Sequence record: DRR378314_60
Strand: one strand, 5' to 3'
Length of the DNA stretch: 50,553 nt
Part shown: positions 40,853 through 48,726 of the stretch, one piece after another
Layout of the letters: each line of letters begins with the position of its first letter
Numbering within the stretch: the stretch's first letter is position 1
Made by a program: the position numbers and the translations under genes
The notes under the pieces: generated by a model
Databases searched by the model: none
What the model saw: the letters and a program-made list of their open reading frames with translations, nothing else
Told to the model about the DNA's origin: nothing

Positions 40853-41317
40853 CTATGACTGTTGCCATTTTTTATTTAAATTCTTGATATTGTTATATGG
40901 TGACGCTTCTCCGAAATCCTCTTCATGTTCTGATATAATATCTCGCACTAGGTTTCTATACTCGGCTCGCCAATCTTTATCACTTATGTAACCTTTTTCT
41001 ATGCAATAACACAGCCTATCAAGCGCATTAAAATAACTCTCCTTAGTAGTATTAAAGAAATCACACAATATTTCCAAACCACTTGTTTCTAATACGCCCT
41101 GTCTATCAGCCTCTCTAAGTGCTTTTGCAGCTTTATCAAACTCAAGCTTTCTCGAATTCATTTGAGTTTCTATTTCAAGAACGATTCTCAATGAGTCCAT
41201 CTTTTGATTCTTAACTGCGATAGCAATCTGCGAGTTAATCTTTCTTAGCTGACTAAAAGCAATCCAAGCTCCTACTGCGGCTATTATAAAAGTCCCCACA
41301 TCCATATTAAACGTCAT
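40853..41317 (-). CDS. Single-pass membrane protein, DUF4760-like
   Basis: N-terminal TM (GTFIIAAVGAWIAFSQL); C-terminal YFNALDRLCYCIEKGYISD resembles the DUF4760 pattern. Confidence 0.55.
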   Translation of the reverse strand: MTFNMDVGTFIIAAVGAWIAFSQLRKINSQIAIAVKNQKMDSLRIVLEIETQMNSRKLEFDKAAKALREADRQGVLETSGLEILCDFFNTTKESYFNALDRLCYCIEKGYISDKDWRAEYRNLVRDIISEHEEDFGEASPYNNIKNLNKKWQQS

Positions 41318-41320
41318 TAA

Positions 41321-41578
41321 TTACTTCCCTTTCACCCTAACTAAAATTTCTTTTGCTTTTCTTGTGTTAATTATAGTTTTCTTTGCAGATTGCTCTTCAA
41401 ATATGGGAGTCAGCGGAGCTGCATACTCATATTCTTCTGAACTTAATTCAAAATTTCGCAAAATCTCGTTTTGCTTTTCCAATATTTCATCAGTCGATAA
41501 ACATTTCCATTCAAGCTCATACTTGCTATACAAGTACTCTCGTAATTCTTCTAGCGATGTAATTTCTGTCTCTCTCAT
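41321..41578 (-). CDS. Small hypothetical protein (85 aa)
   Basis: AAGGAG RBS before ATG 41578; ends 3 bp before the next ORF. Confidence 0.6.
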   Translation of the reverse strand: MRETEITSLEELREYLYSKYELEWKCLSTDEILEKQNEILRNFELSSEEYEYAAPLTPIFEEQSAKKTIINTRKAKEILVRVKGK

Positions 41579-41596
41579 GAATTTCTCCTTTACAAA

Positions 41597-41666
41597 GTAA
41601 AACCCGCATTTGCGGCTAGATAGAAGCACAACGGAAAACCAGTCCGTTAACATGCGCTTATTAGCG
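41597..41666 (-). repeat. Degenerate integron attC-like site after the HEPN-motif gene
   Basis: CGCTAAT (contains the TAA stop)-AAGCGCATGTTAACGGACTGGTTTTCCG...GCCGCAAATGCGGGTTTTAC; imperfect hairpin with a bulged base. Confidence 0.7.
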
Positions 41667-42149
41667 ATTAACAATAGGCTCGAGTTTAGCCTTGGCTTCT
41701 TCGAAAGCCCGAATTACATGTCTCTTGAGATAAATCCCTTTTGACCCAAAGAAAAAACAAACGTCGTCGTCATATAAAGACACTTGTTCGAAGTCACCTA
41801 TTTTCAATAAGTTTTCTTTACCAAAGGCCACGTTGAATGTGGCTTTCACATTACCTTTTTCGATATAATGATTATCCGAATCGGGATGACAAAGTGCATC
41901 TCTAACGTATTTGATCAAATCACTCACGTCATTAATCCGCTCCCCTAGTGGAACATCGTCTGAAAAAGCTATACGAGAAGAGTATTTTTCTGCCTTATAC
42001 ATCAAATCTCTAAGCGAAATCAGCATCTCAATAAACGCGGCTCTCATTAATACATGTGATGAGTTTTTCGGATCGAAAATCCCACAATTTAGTAGCTCCT
42101 CAACTCGACGAAGAGCCCCTTGAATGTCTGACTTATCAAAAAAATCCAT
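41661..42149 (-). CDS. Hypothetical protein with HEPN-like Rx4H motif
   Basis: Helical N-terminal half containing VRDALCH; alternative GTG start at 42158. Confidence 0.55.
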   Translation of the reverse strand: MDFFDKSDIQGALRRVEELLNCGIFDPKNSSHVLMRAAFIEMLISLRDLMYKAEKYSSRIAFSDDVPLGERINDVSDLIKYVRDALCHPDSDNHYIEKGNVKATFNVAFGKENLLKIGDFEQVSLYDDDVCFFFGSKGIYLKRHVIRAFEEAKAKLEPIVNR

Positions 42150-42534
42150 TTTTACCACGCGAATTAGATGGATTACTAAAAAGTATTAGGCTGCCGTACT
42201 AAGATCCGTTGCACGTACTGCCATGCTTCCCGGAAAAAACAGTTTGCCAAATTACCTCTCGTCACCTCAAACGGCAGCTGGTAATTTGCAAATCAATTGG
42301 ATACCAGCTAATTAGAATTGATCAGCTACCACATTCTCACTTCATTATATTTAAGTAGTATTAATCATTTCCCTACGTCAGTACAACCTAATCGTCTGAG
42401 ACTTTAGACCACTCATTGCCGCCTTTTTCTGGAACGCTGCGCTGTAGTCAGGTCTTATCAGGAATGCCTGTCTCACCTATCGACCTGCCAATAGCTTAGC
42501 TTTATGGGTTTGCTCCTCAACTCAATATTGAAGT

Positions 42535-42690
42535 TGCACAAATCCGCATGAATTCGCATGACTCCCATGCACCCAAATCCTGCCTACAGCCCAGAGATAG
42601 CGGGCTTTGGCCCGTTTGGTGGCGCGCATGAAGAAATACCCCACAAGCGAACTCCGCAGGCGGGTGGGGGACAACGCGCCGTGTGTGGCG
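42535..42690 (+). other. P2/P4-type cos (packaging) region
   Basis: GCACAAATCCGCATGAATTCGCATGA repeats, a GCCC...GGGCTTT hairpin, then GCATGAAG...GCAGGCGGGTGGGGGACAACGCGC resembling the P2/P4 cohesive end; lies next to the Sid/Psu-like gene as in P4. Confidence 0.6.
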
Positions 42691-42778
42691 GCCTAGAAGG
42701 CGGATGCCCTCCCCTGGCAACCGCCTTCATCGGGCGCTCAATGGCTCACATCACATCAGCTGCCTTGCCGGTCGGACA

Positions 42779-42806
42779 CAAAAAAGCCCCGCACTTGGCA
42801 GGGCTC
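42779..42806 (-). terminator. Intrinsic terminator after the Sid/Psu-like gene
   Basis: Minus strand AGCCCTGCCAAGTGCGGGGC followed by a T run. Confidence 0.7.
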
Positions 42807-42829
42807 GGCCAGGGGATTTCTCACTCCTG

Positions 42830-43747
42830 CTATGCCGCGCTATCGCTGTCCAACTCCTCGAGGCTGGGCACATACTCCATTTGGTTCTCAAGCTCCTTGA
42901 GACGCGACGAGAAGGCAAACGGTGACGGTATCTCGTCTTTGGACGCTTCACAAGCCAGCGTTTCGGGAACCTTCATAGCCGTTTTGGAAGCGACGCCCTG
43001 GGGCAGCCTTCGCATCAGCAGCTCGCCCAACGCGGCCATTTGCCTCGAATGCACCTTGCGCTTCACTTGGGCGGTTTCTTCATCGCTCAACAGTGAATAG
43101 ATGGCGGTTCCCGACTGTCGAGACACATCCATGTGGAAAGTGGCCATATAAAGATGATTGTTACAGATGTTGGTTTCAATCTGGTCGAACAAGCGCGGCA
43201 CGCTTTCACCGATCGCACGCAGACTGTCTGCATCCGACAATCCATTGATACCGTCTAAAAGGCAGTTGAATGCCACCAGATCGTTCAAGTCGCGCACCTT
43301 AGTGACTAGGGCCTTGCGAGCCAAGTAAGTGTGCATCTTCAGCCACTCGGCCTGAGGCTCCAGCATCGTGATCATTTCCCTGGTCTGCTCGGCTTCCAAT
43401 TTCCATTGCGTTTTCTGCTTGAGCTGGTCGCGCATGGGCTTGCTTTGCTTGCCCAGGGCCTTGACGAAACCCAGCCGCCATGCCGAATCAGCGGCTTGTT
43501 TTTGTTGCTCCAATGCACTGAGCGTTTTTTTCAGGCGGTTCATCTCCCTGGTGATTTCATCTAGCTTGTTCCGGCGTGTCAGATAGACCTTGAGCTGGGC
43601 ATCTACCTGTTCTTGGCGCTTTTCTTTTGAGATACCCGTTCTTACAATCGCGGGTACATCCACGTATTCGAAATTGTGCTCGGCTTTGACGAGTCGAAGA
43701 GCGTTGCTTCCCATTTCCTTGTTTTCAATTTCACTGTTCATGGCCAT
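42830..43747 (-). CDS. P4 Sid/Psu-like coiled-coil capsid-interacting protein
   Basis: Long coiled coil; ADSAWRLGFVKALGKQSKPMRDQ resembles the P4 Sid segment DADDWRTAFRAAGGVLSDELKQ (recalled, not searched); AGGAG RBS. Confidence 0.6.
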   Translation of the reverse strand: MAMNSEIENKEMGSNALRLVKAEHNFEYVDVPAIVRTGISKEKRQEQVDAQLKVYLTRRNKLDEITREMNRLKKTLSALEQQKQAADSAWRLGFVKALGKQSKPMRDQLKQKTQWKLEAEQTREMITMLEPQAEWLKMHTYLARKALVTKVRDLNDLVAFNCLLDGINGLSDADSLRAIGESVPRLFDQIETNICNNHLYMATFHMDVSRQSGTAIYSLLSDEETAQVKRKVHSRQMAALGELLMRRLPQGVASKTAMKVPETLACEASKDEIPSPFAFSSRLKELENQMEYVPSLEELDSDSAA

Positions 43748-43998
43748 TGTGCGGTTCTCCTGGTTGGTTGCTGGGGTTAGCTGAGCGTGGTTGTGTGAGG
43801 TCGGCATCAATAACTCCTGGGGCTAGCAGAAACATACGTGCGGATGGGGGTGCCATGGCGCCACCGGCTAAAAGAGAGCAAAACCAACAACGCCTGCCAG
43901 AAAGGGGGAAGGGTCGGAGCGCTGATACGCTTGGCCAACGTTCGCATAACGAACAAAGCCTCTCCCCTATAATTCCCCTGACTGATTTCAAAAACGGG

Positions 43999-44205
43999 GG
44001 CAACGTGGCAACACCGGTAACGCCTTTGATTTAATTGGTATTTTTTTTGGCAACCTGTAGCCGCTTTTTTAAAACGGCAACAGACAGAGTCAGAGGCTCT
44101 ATAGATATAAAGATATGTGTTGCCTTTGTTGCCACCTCTCTTATTAATAGGCAACGGCTGCAAGCCGCGTAGTTGCTGGGTGTTGCCGTTGTAGCCAGTG
44201 TTGCC
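43999..44205. repeat. Iteron array, putative satellite replication origin
   Basis: 5x GGCAAC and 4x GTTGCC plus variants (GGTAAC, GTAGCC) with AT-rich spacers, directly downstream of the helicase gene. Confidence 0.75.
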
Positions 44206-44240
44206 ACAGAAACTAGGTTCACGCGTAAAAAGCCTATCCA

Positions 44241-46034
44241 TTATTCACCCCCTCGCTCTGCATCCAACTTGTCGGGATCGATGACGAAAAAGCGCGTGCT
44301 CCCTCCTCCTGGCAGGCGGTAGTTTTTCTGGCGGCGGCCACTGTCGGTTTTGGCTAGCACATTGTAGGTTTCCAGGGTGCGTATCACGCGGTCACGGCCA
44401 TAGCCTGCGGCGGCCTCGGTCAGTGAGGCACGGTTGAACAGGTAAAGGCGTTTGCCGTCCTCGATCTCGAAGTAACCTGCTCGATGCTTAATGTTGGAAT
44501 TGGGTAGCTCAGCAGCAATATTGGAAAAGCGGCTATCACCGTGCATGGCGATAAAATCAGATAGCGCGCTAAGTATTTGCCTATCTTCCGCGTTACCGTC
44601 GCCGACCCTTGCGATCCACTCGCGGAAAAGCTGGCGGCTTGCGTTGGCTGCGGTGCCTTTTTCCCATGGCAAAATCCCGTAGATGGTCGCCAGTTCTCCC
44701 GCTAGGCCAATGATGGCGAAGCGATCCGCCACCCTGCCCGCCTGGGAGCCATCGGAGTTGAACCCTTCCCGCACTTCAGCAAAGCGCTGATAGAAAACGT
44801 CGGGGTCAGTCTCTTTAATCAGCCGCTCGACAAATGCAGGCCCCACCACGCCGAAGTGGTGCGCGGTGGCCGTGGTCAGCTTCCGATGGAAGGTAGCCCC
44901 GCTCATGCCGTGTACGTCATCAAAGGCGCGATAAGTGCGGGTGCCCGCGTTCACGTCCACCATGCGCAGCTCTGCCCCGGCGTGGGCGGCGTTGCCGGAT
45001 ATGGCCGCATGTTCGGAAAGTGAACGCTCCCCGCTGGATAGCGCCAATACGCGCCAGTAAAGCTTCGGCCGCCCTTCCCGCTCGCGGGTCATGGTGCCCT
45101 TGCCGGTGCCGTTAGCGATGGCGTAGGCCATTTCTTGCACCCGTTTGGGGTCGGCGCGCTTGATTTCGTCCAGAATCAGCACCGTGTCATTACGTGACGA
45201 TGCCTCGATCTCGATACCGCCCCGCGACATATCCCAGGACGCGGCAAACCGGCTTGGGTCGCCCCACACTGAGGCGGCGATTGCCTGGGCAAGTGATTTA
45301 CCGCTCGAGGAGTCACCGACTAGATGCACACCCCCGCCGTTAACCCCTACTTTGGAAAGCAGCGGCCCGGCCAATGCGCAGCACACGGACAGGATCAGTA
45401 CCGGGTTGCCCTGGCAGTAGTACGCCAGCTCGCTTTGCCAGCTTTCCAACGTGCCACGCTCGGAAAAGAGGTGTGCCCCTTTGCCGCTATCCTGAAAGCG
45501 CACGTCCTGGCCGCCCAGGATCTTGCTAGGCAGTACGAACGCGCCGCTGGCGTCGTGCCAGCCGGGTTTGGTGGTGGTGGCCAGCACGCGCTTTAAATCG
45601 TGGTGGCTGGCGATATACGCGGGCACATAGCGGCGCTGGTGGTACTCCACCTTTAAGCCCTGGCGGAAAAGGGCTTTCAATACCTCCTCGCCTTTACCGG
45701 CCAGCGCTTCCATGGGCATGACGTACTCGACCACGCGGCCCCGGTGTTTGAAGTGGAGTAGGCGGCCTACGCTGCCGTCATCGCTGTTGACCGTCTCCGC
45801 GTCCACATGCAGTGGCGCGCAGACCCATAGATCGAAGGGCTGGCCAACGTCATCACCCTGCCCTTGCTTGATACCGTGAAACCAAGTGCCCGCCTTGAAC
45901 AGCTTGCCGTCTACCAGGGTCTGGCCTTCGTACACGGCATAGCTTGGCCGCTCCAGGGTGTCGATCTCTGGCGCTGTCGGTTGGCCAACCAACGCAAGGT
46001 GGCTTTGCTGCTCGCGCTTTTTGTCACTCATCAT
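44241..46034 (-). CDS. DUF927-domain replication protein/helicase
   Basis: PGWH...FVLP, Walker A GDSSSGKS, Walker B LILDEI, ANGTGK, SSGE and RVADRFA motifs. Confidence 0.85.
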   Translation of the reverse strand: MMSDKKREQQSHLALVGQPTAPEIDTLERPSYAVYEGQTLVDGKLFKAGTWFHGIKQGQGDDVGQPFDLWVCAPLHVDAETVNSDDGSVGRLLHFKHRGRVVEYVMPMEALAGKGEEVLKALFRQGLKVEYHQRRYVPAYIASHHDLKRVLATTTKPGWHDASGAFVLPSKILGGQDVRFQDSGKGAHLFSERGTLESWQSELAYYCQGNPVLILSVCCALAGPLLSKVGVNGGGVHLVGDSSSGKSLAQAIAASVWGDPSRFAASWDMSRGGIEIEASSRNDTVLILDEIKRADPKRVQEMAYAIANGTGKGTMTREREGRPKLYWRVLALSSGERSLSEHAAISGNAAHAGAELRMVDVNAGTRTYRAFDDVHGMSGATFHRKLTTATAHHFGVVGPAFVERLIKETDPDVFYQRFAEVREGFNSDGSQAGRVADRFAIIGLAGELATIYGILPWEKGTAANASRQLFREWIARVGDGNAEDRQILSALSDFIAMHGDSRFSNIAAELPNSNIKHRAGYFEIEDGKRLYLFNRASLTEAAAGYGRDRVIRTLETYNVLAKTDSGRRQKNYRLPGGGSTRFFVIDPDKLDAERGGE

Positions 46035-47016
46035 GTCCCCCTTGCTGGCGATACCAGCGCGCCAGATCGTTGAAGTCCGTCAACCTATGGGGGGCTTCCT
46101 TTGGCCAGTCGGGGAAAAGCACTAACGCGCCTACCGCCAATGCGGCAGCGTTTGCGGCGGTACGGCCCGGATTCCCAGGAGTAGCGCGGTCATCATCACC
46201 GGCTATGACCATTTCGAGGTGGCCATACCGCTCACACAAGGCACGCGCCACTGGTTCCAGGTTGCCTGCGTGCATGGCACATGCCACCGGCTCGCGGGTA
46301 TGGGCGTAGATGGTGGCACCGGTAGCCCAGCCCTCGCAGACATAAAGCGTCTTTCCAGGCATTACCCGGCCAAGCGGTGCATAAGCGCCCTGCACTTGCC
46401 CACCTTTCAAAAAGCGCTTATTGCCTTGGGCGTCGATCAATTGCACGTTGACCAGCTCCCCGTGTGCATAAAGCGGCACCAATATCTGGCCTTGCGGCGT
46501 TTGCCGAAGCCGGTAAGGGCTTATGCCTTTGTCCACCAAGTAGGCGTGACCAGGGCATGCCGGTTGCGCGCTTTGCCAAAGCCGTTTGGCGAGTTGGGCC
46601 GCTTTCTGCAAGGCGGCCATGCGCTCGGTTTCGGCCTGTTGGCGTAGCTGGCTTTTGGTAGGCGTAGAGGTAATAGGGGGTGAGGCTTGCGCCTCACCGT
46701 TGCGTTGGAAGATTCCCAGCCCTAAGCGCTGGTCGATCTGCATGGCCGCCTCAACTTGTCGGCAGCCTTGCAAGTAGCTAAGCAGCGATACCAAATCGCC
46801 ACCGTGGGCGTCTGAGTCGGCAAAGTCGTTCCACTTACCACTGGCCAGCGATACACCAAACGAGCCTTTACCTTGGTCGTCTCGGGCCGTGTTGCGCGCT
46901 ACCCACTCGCTACCCTGGCGGACGCCATCAGGCAGCCATTCGGCTAGTAACGCCTCAACGTCGTTTAATGCGGATATGGCTACTTGTTGGATCTTTTGAA
47001 CGGTCGATTTAGCCAT
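46024..47016 (-). CDS. DNA primase (Toprim domain), satellite type
   Basis: N-terminal R.D...GSF.V....G.W.DFA....GGD; HAYL..KG; CEGWATG; IAGDDD; NPG; DFND. Confidence 0.85.
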   Translation of the reverse strand: MAKSTVQKIQQVAISALNDVEALLAEWLPDGVRQGSEWVARNTARDDQGKGSFGVSLASGKWNDFADSDAHGGDLVSLLSYLQGCRQVEAAMQIDQRLGLGIFQRNGEAQASPPITSTPTKSQLRQQAETERMAALQKAAQLAKRLWQSAQPACPGHAYLVDKGISPYRLRQTPQGQILVPLYAHGELVNVQLIDAQGNKRFLKGGQVQGAYAPLGRVMPGKTLYVCEGWATGATIYAHTREPVACAMHAGNLEPVARALCERYGHLEMVIAGDDDRATPGNPGRTAANAAALAVGALVLFPDWPKEAPHRLTDFNDLARWYRQQGGHDE

Positions 47017-47320
47017 GCTCGCCCCCCTTCCTGGCAGGCGCTGCTTGGCCTTTAGCGACTCGCCGGGCAGCCATGAGCAAATCGAGTGAATCAGCAAGCA
47101 ATAGTCGACCAGATAACGCCACATTAGCTAGGTCACGCGCATCAGCGCAGGCCCCAGGGGCATCTAAAGCGCTTAGTGTCATCATCAGATTACTTACCGC
47201 TTCCAGGCGAGTTTCGCACTGGTCGAATAGATCCTCTGCTCTGGCGCGGGGGTCGATTAAAAGGCACTCTGCCTCGGTAAGGCAAAGCGCATCTTCAAGA
47301 CGTGGCGTGGGCTTAAACAT
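47009..47320 (-). CDS. Hypothetical satellite protein
   Basis: GGAGG RBS; overlaps both ash and the primase gene, consistent with translational coupling. Confidence 0.65.
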   Translation of the reverse strand: MFKPTPRLEDALCLTEAECLLIDPRARAEDLFDQCETRLEAVSNLMMTLSALDAPGACADARDLANVALSGRLLLADSLDLLMAARRVAKGQAAPARKGGEHG

Positions 47321-47864
47321 GGGCCACCTCCTCAACAACGAGGCGTTCCAGGTCAATCATCAATTGGGAATGGTCTTCGGAAGAAATGTGGCCAAGCGCG
47401 GCGGCCATGCGCACCAGTCCCAGCAGGTAAGAAAGCTGTTCGGGGCGACGGTTGACGCGGTAGGCAATTAGCTTTGTGCCGATTAAGGCAGTGGCAATTT
47501 GCGAGGGGGGAATTTGGGTGTGCGTAGACGCACCTTGGCTGTGATTGGCCATGGGTAAGACTCCTTGGATATTGGAGTCGCCACGATCCTTCCTACGGGA
47601 TTGGGTGGCGACCGTACGCGGGGTAGGAAACCGGCATCCAAGGGAACCGGCCACGCCGAAACGTGCCCACGCACAGCCGCCATAAAGACACACTACAGGC
47701 ATGAAAAAAGCGCCTGCAATGGTGAGGGCGCTGTAGCGCCTTGGATAGATCGGGTTCCTACGCCCGGCTGTAGATTTTGCTACAGCTCGGCCATGATAAT
47801 CATTCCTCAGTGTTCCTCGCAAGCTTTCGAGGCAGCGAATGTCGCTTAATTTGATATGCTTCAT
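47313..47864 (-). CDS. ash: Ash family protein (P4 cI/kil/epsilon region homolog)
   Basis: AKS.AGRRNP, GAFF, YGG and G..TP motifs; located between alpA and the primase. Confidence 0.75.
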   Translation of the reverse strand: MKHIKLSDIRCLESLRGTLRNDYHGRAVAKSTAGRRNPIYPRRYSALTIAGAFFMPVVCLYGGCAWARFGVAGSLGCRFPTPRTVATQSRRKDRGDSNIQGVLPMANHSQGASTHTQIPPSQIATALIGTKLIAYRVNRRPEQLSYLLGLVRMAAALGHISSEDHSQLMIDLERLVVEEVAHV

Positions 47865-48005
47865 GTATTCCCTTTGATGTTTCTTCGCTTAGGCTCCAGT
47901 GCTCCCCGCGCTGGGGCCTTTTTCTACGATCTACAGGCAAAGCTTCCCCATACCCGCTGAGCATTGGCCCAGCAGCGTTAAAGCTCTTTGGTGGGGTTTA
48001 GGGGT

Positions 48006-48233
48006 CTAGCAGTCGGTTTCGATGTAACCGGCAGGCAAGCCATGGCTGAAGTGCTGGCCGTTACTACCTGGGCCATTCAATAGCTTGGCGTAGACGTTCC
48101 CCATAGTGCCCTTACGGAACGTTTTTTGATGCGGGGCGCGCATTGCGTCCGCCATGGCAGTTTCAATCGCGGCCAGATCTTCAGTGGTCAGGTTTAGCGT
48201 GGTGCCGTTGATGGTGATCTCGAATTGGCTCAT
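48006..48233 (-). CDS. Small hypothetical protein (75 aa)
   Basis: AGGAG RBS; ATGA overlap with the alpA stop. Confidence 0.6.
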   Translation of the reverse strand: MSQFEITINGTTLNLTTEDLAAIETAMADAMRAPHQKTFRKGTMGNVYAKLLNGPGSNGQHFSHGLPAGYIETDC

Positions 48234-48535
48234 GCGCGTTGCTCCTGCGGTTGGGCGGTCATGCGTAGCGGTGCGGGGCGGTTTTCCAGGGTCTGGCGTT
48301 TGCGCTCCTCGAGGCAGTGAGCGATCCAGCTATCCACCTCCTCCTCAAGCCAAGCAACGCTTTTGCCACCAATGGGCACCGGGGCCGGGAACGTGCCCTG
48401 GCGGATGCCTTCATAAATGGCCGAGCGGCTCTTGCCGGTTTTCTGCTCCACCTCTTTACGGCGTAACAGCCGGTTGCCGAGCTGGATCTTGTTCACCGTT
48501 TTGAAAGGCGGTGCGTGGGTGGTGAGTTCAGGCAT
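48230..48535 (-). CDS. alpA: AlpA family transcriptional regulator/excisionase
   Basis: LLRRKEVEQKTGKSRSAIY..I..G.FP.PV.IGG.SVAWLE.EV..WI. Confidence 0.92.
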   Translation of the reverse strand: MPELTTHAPPFKTVNKIQLGNRLLRRKEVEQKTGKSRSAIYEGIRQGTFPAPVPIGGKSVAWLEEEVDSWIAHCLEERKRQTLENRPAPLRMTAQPQEQRA

Positions 48536-48726
48536 TGTTTCGTGTCCTCGCGGTATCGTTCCGGGTATGTACCCTTATGGCCCTATGAAGCTTGACGGTT
48601 ATTGGAAAGGCTCGCCACAGCGGGGCGTTGTGCCACGATGCTCGCACAACGGGATACAACACTTGGTCTTGCACAAGTACAAAAAAACCGCTGTAGAGAC
48701 AGCGGTACGCAGAAGGATCTATATGG

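Noticed and set aside
41579-41674. 32-codon N-terminal extension of the 41321 ORF
   Set aside because: It runs through the attC-like site; a strong RBS supports ATG 41578.
39645-42520. Retron, CBASS or restriction-modification system in the cargo
   Set aside because: No reverse transcriptase, cyclase or methyltransferase motifs are seen in any ORF.
42517-43100. 180-aa plus-strand ORF and neighbouring short ORFs
   Set aside because: They overlap the cos-like region, a terminator and the antisense of the Sid/Psu-like gene, with no recognisable motifs.
43999-44205. Possible CRISPR array
   Set aside because: Repeats are only 6 bp, occur in both orientations with irregular spacing, and no cas genes are present.
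43807-44241. 144-aa minus-strand ORF and overlapping short ORFs with GNTGYNGN/VATLAT repeats
   Set aside because: The peptide repeats are translations of the GGCAAC iterons; the region is better explained as a non-coding origin.
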